Assembly (NCBI GenBank): GCA_024636785.1
Contig: JAGXGK010000015.1
Coordinates: 136,900 to 200,899, forward strand
Reading direction: 5' to 3'
Length of the DNA stretch: 64,000 nucleotides
From: Gammaproteobacteria bacterium
GTDB lineage: Bacteria; Pseudomonadota; Gammaproteobacteria; SZUA-229
The notes beneath the pieces are model-generated. The model was not told where the DNA came from. It worked only from the letters and a program-made list of their open reading frames with translations, and did not search any database. This document shows positions 39,009 to 49,306 of this stretch, in pieces (the first letter of the stretch is position 1; each line of letters begins with the position of its first letter). A program made the translations under genes and the position numbers.

Positions 39009-40271
39009 TTATTCGTTAGCGCTTTTTTTGGATAGGTCGGGTTTGTTTTTGGAGCTTTTTTTATCGCTGGTGGCGATCAGACTGGTATTGATTGCCGCGC
39101 CCTGATCGGCTTTAACGGTAAAGTTCTGTTCTACATCGTGAAAGAATGAGCCGCAGCCGTGGTCGGTGATGTAGAAGGTATCGGAGATGCCGCATGACTT
39201 GTCGCCATCAATGCCCCACATCCAGGGGATGACGTGAAAGGTCATGCCCGGCTCCAGGACGTGCGATGAGCCCTGATACAGGCTCATGATGTAACCTTCA
39301 TCCCAGCTGGGGGGAAAGGCGATGCCAATGGAGTAACCCGAACGGGTAATCAGTCTGGCGCCGACATCGTTGTCGCTGATGATGTTGCGCAGCATTTTGT
39401 CGACGTCGGAAACCGTCAGGCCGGGGCGCAGTTCTTCGCGAACATGCCTGAGTGCCGTCTTCATCAACTCCTGTGATTTGTGCATGCTGTCACTGAGTTC
39501 TCCGCAGACTACGGTGCGCATCATGGCGGTGTGGTAGCGGCGATAACAGCCGGCGATTTCCAGAAACACATGCTCGCCGGGCTGAACTACCCGTCCTTCC
39601 CAGGAGGCGTGACCGATCATACTGCGCGGACCGGAGGTGACATAGGGCATGACCGCCGGAATTTCACCGCCGGCGGAGAACATGGCCTGACAGATGGCCG
39701 CGCCGATTTCATTTTCAGTCACCCCTGCCTGTGCGGCATCGATGCCGGCCTGCATGCCGGCTTTGGTGGCGATGGCGGCTTTCTGCATGACCTCCATTTC
39801 CACCGCTGATTTGTGCACCCGACTCTGTTCGACAATGCCGAAGCAGTCCATCAGACGGTTGTTGGTAAAAGAGGTATGAAAATAGTCCTGATGATAGGCG
39901 GTAAAATAATAGGAGTTGCGTTCATAGCCGATGGTTTTGGTAGCCAGGCCAAATTCGATCAGGGAGGTGACCAGCATCTGGATGGCATCGCCGGTATCGG
40001 GATAGGGCCGGGATATTTCGACCCAGGTACGGGCGAACACGTTCGACTCTTCCAGCTTACGTGTGACCATAAACGGCTCACTTTCGAGCGGCACCACCAG
40101 CGCCTGAAAAAAGGAGTAGCCGGTGGTCTGGTAGTCGGTCAGGTACATGATGTTTTCAGCATCCGAAATAATCACCGCATCCAGCAGGCGCTGTGACATG
40201 CGTTCGCGCAGCTCGCTGATACGGCGCTGATATTCCGAAAATGGAAAGGTCATGTCGTCTCTTTCAAGCAT
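39009..40271 (-). CDS. doeA: M24 peptidase family, ectoine hydrolase-like
   Basis: EYQRRI..LR..M, YLTDY, RRYH.AMMRT, R.GYSIGIAFPPSWDEG, LEPGMTFH. Confidence 0.75.
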   Translation of the reverse strand: MLERDDMTFPFSEYQRRISELRERMSQRLLDAVIISDAENIMYLTDYQTTGYSFFQALVVPLESEPFMVTRKLEESNVFARTWVEISRPYPDTGDAIQMLVTSLIEFGLATKTIGYERNSYYFTAYHQDYFHTSFTNNRLMDCFGIVEQSRVHKSAVEMEVMQKAAIATKAGMQAGIDAAQAGVTENEIGAAICQAMFSAGGEIPAVMPYVTSGPRSMIGHASWEGRVVQPGEHVFLEIAGCYRRYHTAMMRTVVCGELSDSMHKSQELMKTALRHVREELRPGLTVSDVDKMLRNIISDNDVGARLITRSGYSIGIAFPPSWDEGYIMSLYQGSSHVLEPGMTFHVIPWMWGIDGDKSCGISDTFYITDHGCGSFFHDVEQNFTVKADQGAAINTSLIATSDKKSSKNKPDLSKKSANE

Positions 40272-40274
40272 GGC

Positions 40275-41528
40275 TTAGGCCTCCATCTGGCGGTCGACGG
40301 CGGCGCTGAGAATCGCCAGACCTTCATTCAGATCATTGTCGGGAATGGTTAAGGGCGGGATCAGTTTGATGACCGAGCCGCCGACGCCGCAGGGGCCGAA
40401 CAACATGCCATGATCAAAACAGTCGCGGGCAATGGCTTTGGCCAGCGTGCCGTCACCGGTATCCAGTGCCTGCATCATGCCTACGCCGCGGGCAGTGAAT
40501 CCCCGACTACTGAATTTTTCGGCGATGCCAGCCAGATGCTCAGCCATTATTTCGCCTTTGCGGCGGGTGTCCGCGAGCAGAGTGTCGTCTTCAAAAAAGC
40601 GCAAAGCTTCTCGACCGGCAACGAAGGAGATGCTCTGTCCCCGGAAGGTGCCGGTGTGTTCGCCCGGCTGCCAGTGTTTGTCGTGTTCCGGTTTGACCAG
40701 GTTCATAGCCAGCGGGGTGCCCAGCCCGCCGATGCCTTTGGCCAGAGTGACGATGTCAGGGTCGATGCCGCTTTCTTCAAAACTGAAATAGCGACCGGTA
40801 CGGCCACAGCCCGACTGGATATCGTCGACTATGAGCAATGCGCCCAGATCGCGGGCGAGCTGCTGGAGTTCCTGCAACCATTCGGTGCTGGCGGCATTGA
40901 CGCCACCTTCGGCCTGTAGTGATTCCACGATAAACGCGGCCGGTTTCTCGGCACCCCCCGAAGAGTTTTCATATAAGGCTCTGAGGGTTTTCAGGCTTTG
41001 CACGCCGCCGCCCTCATTGGTATCGAAAGGCCAGTGAGAAACTTTGCACAACGGCGCGCCGGCGGCATTACGAAAATATTCATTGGCGGTGCAGGCGAGG
41101 GCACCCAGCGTCATGCCATGAAAACCCTGACTGAAGGCCACCACATCGCTGCGCCCGGTCACGCGGCGGGCCAGCTTCAGTGCCGCTTCCACGGCGTTGG
41201 TGCCGGTGGGGCCCATGAACTGTAATTTGTAGTCCATGTTGCGTGGCTTGAGAATGGTTTCGACAAAGCCCTTGATGAACTCGCGTTTGACGGAGGTCAT
41301 CATATCCAGAGTATGCAGCACACCATCGGCCTGCATATATTCGATCACGGCCTGTTTTAATTTCGGATGGTTATGACCAAAATTGAGGACCCCGGCACCG
41401 GCGAAAAAGTCGATGTACTCCTTGCCGTTTTCATCGGTCTGGCGCGCATTGCGGGCGCTCACAAAAACTGCGGGATAAGCCCGGCAGTAAGCGCGGATGT
41501 CGGATTCATAGGTTTCAAACCAGTCCAT
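40275..41528 (-). CDS. doeD: diaminobutyrate aminotransferase (EctB-like; DoeD role inferred)
   Basis: ES.IR.YCR, DFFAGAGVLNFGHN, GPTGTNAVEAALK, DDIQSGCGRTG, GEHTGTFRG; GAGGAG RBS before ATG 41528. Confidence 0.75.
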   Translation of the reverse strand: MDWFETYESDIRAYCRAYPAVFVSARNARQTDENGKEYIDFFAGAGVLNFGHNHPKLKQAVIEYMQADGVLHTLDMMTSVKREFIKGFVETILKPRNMDYKLQFMGPTGTNAVEAALKLARRVTGRSDVVAFSQGFHGMTLGALACTANEYFRNAAGAPLCKVSHWPFDTNEGGGVQSLKTLRALYENSSGGAEKPAAFIVESLQAEGGVNAASTEWLQELQQLARDLGALLIVDDIQSGCGRTGRYFSFEESGIDPDIVTLAKGIGGLGTPLAMNLVKPEHDKHWQPGEHTGTFRGQSISFVAGREALRFFEDDTLLADTRRKGEIMAEHLAGIAEKFSSRGFTARGVGMMQALDTGDGTLAKAIARDCFDHGMLFGPCGVGGSVIKLIPPLTIPDNDLNEGLAILSAAVDRQMEA

Positions 41529-41575
41529 AAAATACTCCTCTTGATTAATGGTCGTTACAGTCGTGTCGTTACTAA

Positions 41576-41754
41576 GGGACCCGGAAAATACTAATATACC
41601 ATCACGCATCCCGTCTTCAGGCCATCTTTGGCCGCTCCTCAATCGCAAAATCCTCGCCGTAGCCCTGCTACGCCTGCGGTTTTGCTCAATCAGCGCAACC
41701 AAATATGACCCAAATCCGGGCGCGATCCAAGTACATTAGTATGTTCCGGATCCC
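41576..41754. mobile_element. MITE, 179 bp, ~24-bp imperfect TIRs, TAA target duplication
   Basis: TAA-GGGACCCGGAAAATACTAATATAC ... GTACATTAGTATGTTCCGGATCCC-TAA; central GTAGCCCTGCTAC palindrome. Confidence 0.8.
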
Positions 41755-41779
41755 TAAGCAGCTATTACAGTAACATTAG

Positions 41780-42952
41780 TTATTTGGTGGCAGGTGTCGA
41801 AACACCGGCTAATCGACAGAAAACCCGCATGACCGATTCAATAATCCGGTCATTGAAGTGATACTCGGGGCTGTGGCAGGGGGCCTGATAGGCCGTGCCC
41901 GCCGCTGCCTCCTCGGCCATGCCGATGAGGGCGAAAGCGCCCGGTATCTCATTCAGATAGTAGCTGAAATCTTCCGATGCCATGATCGGCAGCAGCAGAT
42001 CGGAGTCCAGATAATGCTCGCCCAGCTCCTGTTGCAGTGCCTGACGGTAGCGGTGTGCCTCCTCGGGGTGATTGACGGTGGCTTCATAACGCGAGCGAAT
42101 TTCGACCTCGGCGGTAACGCCATAGGTGTGCGCGGTGTTGTGGGCGATCTCTACAATCAGTTCGTTCATCAGCGTGCGCCAGCGCGGATCGGAGATACGA
42201 ATGCTGCCTTCCAGGCGAACGTTGTCGGGAATAACCGTTACATTGCTGTCGGCGAGAATTGAGGTGACGCTGACCACCGCCGCTGCTTGCGGTGGCAGTC
42301 GCCGGCTGACGATCTGCTGTAAGTTAAGTGTAATGGCGGCGGCGGCGAGTACCGGATCGCGCGCGGCTTCGGGTTGTGAAGCATGCCCGCCGCGGCCCTG
42401 GATAGTCATGTGGAAAGTGCCGTTGCCGGACATCACCGCGCCATCGGGGCAGACAGCCTGACCGGCCCTAAGCGCCGGCCAGTTATGCCAGCCGAAGATG
42501 CTGTCGACACCGTCCAGCGCACCCTCTGCAATCATTTTTTTTGCGCCGTGGCCGCCTTCTTCGGCGGGCTGAAACAGCAGTGTGATCGGCCCTTGCAGTT
42601 GCGCCTCCTGTTGCTTGAACCAGACGGCAGCACCCAGCAGCGCGGCCATGTGCCCGTCATGGCCACAGGCGTGCATTTTGCCGGGTTCGTCCGAGCAGTA
42701 ATCGAGGGTCAGTTTTTCGGTGATGGGCAAGGCATCCATGTCAGCACGAAAGGCGATATGCTCACCGGCCGCCTGAGGTGCCAGCATCGCAACGGTGCCG
42801 TGTTCAGCACAGGCACGCCAGGGGATTTGCCATGCACTGAGTTGCTCACGGATACGCGCTGCCGTGTGTTGTTCTTCCCAGGTGAGTTCGGGATGACGGT
42901 GAAACCAGTGACGCAGTTCCACCGATTGTTCTACAGCATTGTTCCAGTTCAT
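41780..42952 (-). CDS. doeB: M20D amidohydrolase (N-acetyl-diaminobutyrate deacetylase role inferred)
   Basis: HRHPEL, RADMDALP, MHACGHDGH, FQPAEEG, SEDFSYY, HSPEY. Confidence 0.7.
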   Translation of the reverse strand: MNWNNAVEQSVELRHWFHRHPELTWEEQHTAARIREQLSAWQIPWRACAEHGTVAMLAPQAAGEHIAFRADMDALPITEKLTLDYCSDEPGKMHACGHDGHMAALLGAAVWFKQQEAQLQGPITLLFQPAEEGGHGAKKMIAEGALDGVDSIFGWHNWPALRAGQAVCPDGAVMSGNGTFHMTIQGRGGHASQPEAARDPVLAAAAITLNLQQIVSRRLPPQAAAVVSVTSILADSNVTVIPDNVRLEGSIRISDPRWRTLMNELIVEIAHNTAHTYGVTAEVEIRSRYEATVNHPEEAHRYRQALQQELGEHYLDSDLLLPIMASEDFSYYLNEIPGAFALIGMAEEAAAGTAYQAPCHSPEYHFNDRIIESVMRVFCRLAGVSTPATK

Positions 42953-43176
42953 TTACTAAGTGACTCCGTCAATCCGAGTGAGTTCGTCTAGCTATTTAAA
43001 AGTATAGAAAACAGTTATTCAAAATGTGAAATTAAAATGATCGTAGCATTAATGTCATACAACACAAAGCACGGTATCGGATGTGTGTGAGCGAGGTAAA
43101 TAGTTTTGTTTCTGCATTGCACTATAAAAGGGCAGCGCTTTCGAATTGTGCGTTGATGTAATTGATCCTTCCGGGT

Positions 43177-44046
43177 TCAGGTATGGTTGCCGTTGAGTAT
43201 CTCCAATAAAGCATTCGCCGGGCTGGAACGGGTTCTGGCTTTGTGGAATACCACGCCCAGCTCGCGCTGCATTTTGCCGGTTTTGACCGCTACAATTTTC
43301 AGTGACGCATCGAGCATGGAGTCGGGAATCACGCCCCAGCCCAGTCCGGTTTCGACCATGGCCTTGATGGTTTCCAGATAATTGGTCTCCATCAAGATAT
43401 TGCTGTGCTCATCGAGTTGCAGGGCGCGGTTGATCAGAGCGCGGGTATAGGTGTCGCTCGAGGGCAGAATCGAAGGCTGTTGCAGCAGCTGTTTGCGACT
43501 AACTTTTTCTTTTGACGCCAGCGGATGATCAGCGGCCACCACGCAGTGCATGGGGTCGTGCCAGATCGTTTGCAGCGTCAGCCGGGCATCGGGCTGGCTG
43601 GGCAGGGTGACGATGCCGAGTTCGATCTCGCCGTGCAATACCTGCTGGCAGGCCTGTTCGGAATCCATGAATTGCAGCTCCAGATCGACCTCGGGATATT
43701 GCCGGGAAAACTGCCGCAGCACCGCAGGCAGGCGATGCAGGCCGATGTGATGGCTGGTGGCGAAGCGCAGGTGGCCACGGGTGGTCTGGCGCAGGTTGCT
43801 GATGATGCGCTCGCTCTCTTCGAGCTCGTCGAGAATGCGTCGATAGCCAGGGATGAGTGCCTGCCCGGCTTCGGTGAGCTGCACGCTCTTGCCGATGCGG
43901 TCGAACAGCTTGATGTCGAGAAACAGTTCCATGGCCTGGATGCGTTTACTGATGGCGGGCTGGGTCAGGTGCAGGCGTTCGCCAGCGCGCGAGAAGGAGG
44001 CGGTTTCACTGACGGCAAGAAAAGCGCGAATGTTCTGGATGTCCAT
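43177..44046 (-). CDS. LysR family transcriptional regulator divergent from leuCD
   Basis: SFSRAGERLHLTQPAISKRI HTH, LTEAG, TSHHIGLHRLP. Confidence 0.92.
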   Translation of the reverse strand: MDIQNIRAFLAVSETASFSRAGERLHLTQPAISKRIQAMELFLDIKLFDRIGKSVQLTEAGQALIPGYRRILDELEESERIISNLRQTTRGHLRFATSHHIGLHRLPAVLRQFSRQYPEVDLELQFMDSEQACQQVLHGEIELGIVTLPSQPDARLTLQTIWHDPMHCVVAADHPLASKEKVSRKQLLQQPSILPSSDTYTRALINRALQLDEHSNILMETNYLETIKAMVETGLGWGVIPDSMLDASLKIVAVKTGKMQRELGVVFHKARTRSSPANALLEILNGNHT

Positions 44047-44183
44047 GCGCATTATCATATAACAATATGGAATGAATATTATAAAAATAATGAATTTGTG
44101 TTATTGATGATTTGGGGCTAATCTCATCCTCAAGATATTTCACGTGTGTGAAAAACGAACGCCGACAGCTAAGAGTGAATCCG

Positions 44184-45581
44184 ATGAGCGCTAAAACTTT
44201 ATACGACAAATTGTGGGATGCACACGTGGTGCGCAGTGAAGACGATGGTACCGCCCTGCTGTACATCGACCGACATCTGGTGCACGAGGTGACTTCGCCG
44301 CAGGCCTTTGAAGGGTTGCGCATCGCCGGGCGTAAACCCTGGCGCGCGGATTCGGTGATGGCAGTGCCTGATCACAACGTACCGACCACCGACCGCAGCG
44401 CCGGTATCGAAGATCCGGTGGCGCGTTTGCAGGTGCAGACGCTGGACAGTAACTGTCAGGAATTTGGCCTCAATGAATTTGTCATGTCCGACATCCGCCA
44501 GGGCATTGTCCATGTCATCGGTCCGGAGCAGGGCGCGACCCTGCCGGGCATGACCGTGGTCTGCGGTGATTCGCACACCTCCACCCACGGCGCCTTCGGT
44601 GCGCTGGCTTTCGGCATCGGCACCTCCGAAGTCGAGCACGTACTGGCGACCCAGTGCCTGTTGCAGAATAAAAGTAAAAACATGCTGGTCAGTGTTGATG
44701 GCAAGGCCGCTGATGGTGTCACCGCAAAAGACATCGTGCTGGCGATTATCGGCGAGCTCGGCACCGCCGGTGGCACCGGTTATGCTATCGAATTCGGTGG
44801 CGAGGCGATCCACGCGCTCAGCATGGAAGGGCGCATGACGGTGTGCAACATGGCCATCGAAGCCGGTGCCCGCGCCGGTATGGTGGCCGTCGATGCCACT
44901 ACCATTGACTATGTGAAAGGCCGACCCTACGCGCCGAAGGCGAAGCTCTGGGATCAGGCGGTAGCCGAATGGCAGGATCTGCATTCCGATGCCGGTGCGA
45001 AATTCGACAAGACAATTCATCTTGATGCTGCCGCCATCAGGCCGCAGGTCACCTGGGGCACCTCACCGGAAATGGTGGTGGCAATTGATGATGTCGTGCC
45101 CGATCCTGATCAGGAAAGCGACAGCGTCAAGGCCGAGGGCATGCGCAAGGCGCTGACCTATATGGATCTGAAAGCGGGTACGCCGATTAAAGACATTGCT
45201 GTTGATAAAGTCTTCATCGGCTCCTGTACCAATTCGCGCATCGAAGATCTGCGCGCCGCGGCCAAAGTCGCGGCAGGCAAGCAGGTGGCGGCGAATGTGA
45301 AGCTGGCGATGGTGGTGCCGGGTTCGGGGTTGGTGAAACAGCAGGCGGAAAAAGAGGGGCTGGATAAGATTTTCCTCGCTGCCGGTTTTGAATGGCGCGA
45401 GCCGGGCTGCTCTATGTGTCTGGCTATGAATGCTGACCGGCTGGAGCCGGGTGAGCGTTGTGCCTCCACTTCAAACCGCAACTTTGAAGGCCGTCAGGGT
45501 GCCGGCGGGCGCACCCATCTGGTAAGTCCGGCGATGGCGGCAGCGGCGGCCATCGCGGGGCATTTTGCCGATATAGATTAG
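44184..45581 (+). CDS. leuC: 3-isopropylmalate dehydratase large subunit
   Basis: [44 protein letters not shown]. Confidence 0.98.
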   Translation: MSAKTLYDKLWDAHVVRSEDDGTALLYIDRHLVHEVTSPQAFEGLRIAGRKPWRADSVMAVPDHNVPTTDRSAGIEDPVARLQVQTLDSNCQEFGLNEFVMSDIRQGIVHVIGPEQGATLPGMTVVCGDSHTSTHGAFGALAFGIGTSEVEHVLATQCLLQNKSKNMLVSVDGKAADGVTAKDIVLAIIGELGTAGGTGYAIEFGGEAIHALSMEGRMTVCNMAIEAGARAGMVAVDATTIDYVKGRPYAPKAKLWDQAVAEWQDLHSDAGAKFDKTIHLDAAAIRPQVTWGTSPEMVVAIDDVVPDPDQESDSVKAEGMRKALTYMDLKAGTPIKDIAVDKVFIGSCTNSRIEDLRAAAKVAAGKQVAANVKLAMVVPGSGLVKQQAEKEGLDKIFLAAGFEWREPGCSMCLAMNADRLEPGERCASTSNRNFEGRQGAGGRTHLVSPAMAAAAAIAGHFADID

Positions 45582-45655
45582 TAGTTATAAATTAAATTGA
45601 GTTTTTAGCGCAGAGACGCATCGTTTTCGCGCTGAGCCATAACAGGTAAAGAATT

Positions 45656-46291
45656 ATGCAGGCATTTACACAGCACACCGGTATCGTTGCACCCATGGAT
45701 CGAGCCAATGTCGATACCGATGCGATTATTCCGAAACAGTTTTTGAAATCGATCAAGCGGACCGGTTTCGGCCCCAATGCATTTGACGACTGGCGTTATC
45801 TGGATAAGGGCGGCCCGGATATTGATAATGCCACGCGCCGAGCCAATCCGGATTTTGTGCTGAATCAGCCGCCGTTTGATAAGGCGACCATTCTGGTCGC
45901 CAGAGAAAACTTCGGCTGCGGTTCCTCGCGCGAACATGCGGTCTGGGCGCTGGAGGATTTTGGTTTTCGCGCGGTGCTGGCTCCCAGCTTTGCCGACATC
46001 TTTTTCAATAATAGTTTCAAGAACGGCCTGTTGCCGATGGTGCTCGACGCCGAAACGATCGATTTCATTTTTAAGGCCATCGCGCAAAAGCCGGGTTTTG
46101 AAATCACCATCGATCTGGAAACGCAGACCCTCACTATGGAAGGCTATGCGCTGGTTAAATTTGAAGTGGATGCGTTTCGCAAACACTGTTTGCTGCACGG
46201 TCTGGATGACATCGCCCTGACGTTGCAGCATGCGGATGAGATCAAAGCCTATGAGAAAAAGAGAAGCCAGGAGACGCCGTGGTTGTTTTAG
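45656..46291 (+). CDS. leuD: 3-isopropylmalate dehydratase small subunit
   Basis: [30 protein letters not shown]. Confidence 0.98.
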   Translation: MQAFTQHTGIVAPMDRANVDTDAIIPKQFLKSIKRTGFGPNAFDDWRYLDKGGPDIDNATRRANPDFVLNQPPFDKATILVARENFGCGSSREHAVWALEDFGFRAVLAPSFADIFFNNSFKNGLLPMVLDAETIDFIFKAIAQKPGFEITIDLETQTLTMEGYALVKFEVDAFRKHCLLHGLDDIALTLQHADEIKAYEKKRSQETPWLF

Positions 46292-46303
46292 TAGCGCGGT
46301 CCA

Positions 46304-46867
46304 ATGAAGCATCCGCTTAACTGGCTCGGTGTTTTTGTCGGGGCGCTGCTGGTCGGCTGCGCGGCTGGCCCGTCGGTATTTGTTCCAGTCGCGCCTTCGG
46401 CAGAAAACGCTTCGGTAGTCTATATATATCGACCGTCCAAAACCGCGAATATGATGCTCTCGCCGGCGGTGAGCGTTGCTGGCAGCAAAAGCTTCGAGAT
46501 AAAAAATGGCCAGTATAAGCGGCTGACGCTGTCGCCGGGAAAATACACCGTAAGGCTGGCGGCGACCGAGGGCAACACCCCTGCGGTCGAGCACGATTTA
46601 GAGGTTGCCGAAGCGCAGATTTATTACCTGCGGGTGGAAGCTTCGCTCAAGCTGGGGCCAGGCGAAGGCTACCAGCCTTACCGGCGTAAGTTTGAGTTGC
46701 TGACGGTGCCGGCTGAAAAGGCGCACCTTGAGATCGCGGCCTGTACCGATATGGATGGCCGGGATAAACAGAAGAGCGCGGCAACAGAGGTTGACGACAA
46801 AGCGCGCGGAGCAGGCGATGAGGCGGTATTCTCGGTGGAGAAAACCACCAATCCATTCTCCCGCTGA
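46304..46867 (+). CDS. lipoprotein, DUF2846-like
   Basis: Lipobox LLVGC, VVYIYRP, NGQY..L.LSPGKY, YYLRV. Confidence 0.72.
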   Translation: MKHPLNWLGVFVGALLVGCAAGPSVFVPVAPSAENASVVYIYRPSKTANMMLSPAVSVAGSKSFEIKNGQYKRLTLSPGKYTVRLAATEGNTPAVEHDLEVAEAQIYYLRVEASLKLGPGEGYQPYRRKFELLTVPAEKAHLEIAACTDMDGRDKQKSAATEVDDKARGAGDEAVFSVEKTTNPFSR

Positions 46868-46963
46868 CAGACAGTAGATTGTTATTAACGTATAATTGAT
46901 TGATTTTATTGGGCGCCTTAATGTGCGCAGTATAGACAAACCAACAGGAAAACCGGGTTAGAT

Positions 46964-48034
46964 ATGAATAAAAAAATTGCAGTTCTGCCGGGTGACGGCA
47001 TTGGCGTAGAGATTATCGCTGAAGCGGTTAAGGTGCTGGAGCATCTAAAGAGCGAAGGCCTCGATGTGGAATTGAGCGAAGCGCCCGTGGGCGGTGCCGG
47101 TTACGATGCCGCGGGCAAGCCGTTGCCTGATGAAACCCTGGCGCTGGTGAAACAGGCCGATGCCATTTTGCTGGGCGCGGTTGGCGGCCCACAGTACGAA
47201 AATCTGCCCAGAGAGCTGCGCCCCGAACGGGGTCTGCTGGGTTTGCGCTCCGAGCTGGGTCTGTTCGCCAATTTGCGCCCCGCGATTTTATATCCCCAGC
47301 TGGCCGAGGCCTCCTCATTAAAAGCCGACGTGGTTTCCGGCCTGGATATCATGATTGTGCGCGAGCTGACCGGCGGCATCTATTTCGGTGAGCCGCGCGG
47401 CATCCGCACTAATGCCGACGGCGAGCGCGAAGGATTTAATACGCTGGTTTATAGCGAACCGGAAATAGATCGCATTGCTCGTGTTGCCTTTGATATCGCC
47501 ATGAAGCGTGGCAAGCAACTGTGTTCAGTGGATAAGGCTAATGTGCTGGAAGTCTCCGAACTGTGGCGCGAAGTGGTGAAGAATGTCGGCGCGGAATACG
47601 ACGAAGTCGAGCTCAGCCACATGTATGTCGATAACGCCGCCATGCAGCTGGTGAAATGGCCGAAACAGTTTGATGTCATGGTTACCAAAAACATGTTTGG
47701 TGATATTCTTTCCGATGCCGCAGCCATGCTCACCGGTTCAATCGGCATGCTGCCCTCGGCCTCACTGGATGCTAACAGCAAGGGCATGTACGAGCCGATT
47801 CACGGCTCGGCGCCGGATATCGCCGGCAAGGGCGTGGCCAATCCGTTGGCCACCATTTTATCGGTGGCGATGATGTTGCGTTACAGTCTGGATGAGCCAG
47901 TGCTGGCCGACAGGATTGACGCCGCCGTCGGGCGCGTGCTCGACAAGGGCCTGCGCACACCGGATATTATGACGGCCGGTGGCAGACAGATTGGCACCGT
48001 GGAAATGGGTGAGGCTGTTCTGGCGGAGCTTTGA
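46964..48034 (+). CDS. leuB: 3-isopropylmalate dehydrogenase
   Basis: [44 protein letters not shown]. Confidence 0.98.
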   Translation: MNKKIAVLPGDGIGVEIIAEAVKVLEHLKSEGLDVELSEAPVGGAGYDAAGKPLPDETLALVKQADAILLGAVGGPQYENLPRELRPERGLLGLRSELGLFANLRPAILYPQLAEASSLKADVVSGLDIMIVRELTGGIYFGEPRGIRTNADGEREGFNTLVYSEPEIDRIARVAFDIAMKRGKQLCSVDKANVLEVSELWREVVKNVGAEYDEVELSHMYVDNAAMQLVKWPKQFDVMVTKNMFGDILSDAAAMLTGSIGMLPSASLDANSKGMYEPIHGSAPDIAGKGVANPLATILSVAMMLRYSLDEPVLADRIDAAVGRVLDKGLRTPDIMTAGGRQIGTVEMGEAVLAEL

Positions 48035-48151
48035 TTATCTATCTATACTGCACGCATTTTTTAAACCATTTGCGTGCATCGGGGAGCAGGGGTTTTGGTT
48101 CCCATCCCTCAGTAGCATGGTTTAACAACAAATTTAAGATTGGGGAAAATT

Positions 48152-49174
48152 ATGAGTAAAACATTTGATGTTGCAATAGTGGGCGCCACCGGCGCTGTAG
48201 GCGAAACCATGCTATCCATTCTGGCTGAGCGTAATTTCCCGGTGGGCAAGGTGTATGCACTGGCCAGCAGTCGCTCGGCGGGCAAGCGCGTCGAATTCGG
48301 CGACAAAATGCTGGTGGTGAGCGATCTGGCGGAGTTTGATTTTTCCAAAGTACAAATCGGCCTGTTTTCCGCGGGTGCCTCCCTTTCTGAAAAGTATGCA
48401 CCGATCGCTGCTGCCGCCGGTTGCGTCGTCATTGATAACACCTCGCAGTTTCGTTATGACGAAGAGATTCCGCTGGTGGTGCCGGAAGTCAATCCGCACG
48501 CCATCGCGGGCTACAAAAAACACGGCATCATCGCCAATCCTAACTGCTCTACCATTCAGATGCTGGTGGCTCTGAAGCCAATTTATGATGCAGTGGGTAT
48601 CACCCGCATCAACGTTGCCACCTATCAGGCGGTTTCCGGTACCGGCAAGGAGGCGATCTCTGAGCTGGCCAATCAGACGGCGGCGCTGCTGAACGGGCAA
48701 CCGGCTAAATGCGAGGTCTATCCCAAACAGATCGCTTTTAATGCGTTACCGCAGATTGATGTATTCATGGATAACGGCTACACCAAGGAAGAGATGAAAA
48801 TGGTCTGGGAAACACGCAAGATTTTTGAAGATGAGGCCATTATGGTCAACCCCACCGCAGTGCGTGTGCCGGTTTTCTACGGCCATTCCGAAGCGATACA
48901 CATTGAAACGCGCGACAAGGTCAGTGTGGAAAGAGTGTTCGAACTGCTGACAGCGGCTGATGGCGTGACTGTTCTGGATGAGCATAAGGATGGCGGTTAT
49001 CCCACAGCAGTGACTGAAGGCGTTAACAGCGACCCGGTTTATGTAGGGCGTATTCGTGAGGATATTTCTCATGAAAAGGGCGTCGATATGTGGGTAGTTT
49101 CGGACAATGTCAGGAAGGGCGCTGCATTAAATAGCGTACAAATTGCTGAAATTTTGATAAAAGAATATTTATAA
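48152..49174 (+). CDS. asd: aspartate-semialdehyde dehydrogenase
   Basis: VGATGAVG, PLVVPEVN, ANPNCST, YQAVSGTG, DNVRKGAALN. Confidence 0.97.
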   Translation: MSKTFDVAIVGATGAVGETMLSILAERNFPVGKVYALASSRSAGKRVEFGDKMLVVSDLAEFDFSKVQIGLFSAGASLSEKYAPIAAAAGCVVIDNTSQFRYDEEIPLVVPEVNPHAIAGYKKHGIIANPNCSTIQMLVALKPIYDAVGITRINVATYQAVSGTGKEAISELANQTAALLNGQPAKCEVYPKQIAFNALPQIDVFMDNGYTKEEMKMVWETRKIFEDEAIMVNPTAVRVPVFYGHSEAIHIETRDKVSVERVFELLTAADGVTVLDEHKDGGYPTAVTEGVNSDPVYVGRIREDISHEKGVDMWVVSDNVRKGAALNSVQIAEILIKEYL

Positions 49175-49306
49175 CCTATAGTTAGGCCAGTAAAGTTAAT
49201 GTGTCTTCTTAAGGTGCATGATTAGAATAACAACAATAAAAGCTGTTGACCAGGAACGAAATGCGGTGAGTTCCTGTGAGAAAAGAGCAAATAAAGGGGA
49301 AATGCA

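Noticed and set aside
40275-41702. Ectoine biosynthesis gene ectB with long N-terminus
   Set aside because: No ectA/ectC nearby, neighbours are catabolic, and the extension is MITE sequence
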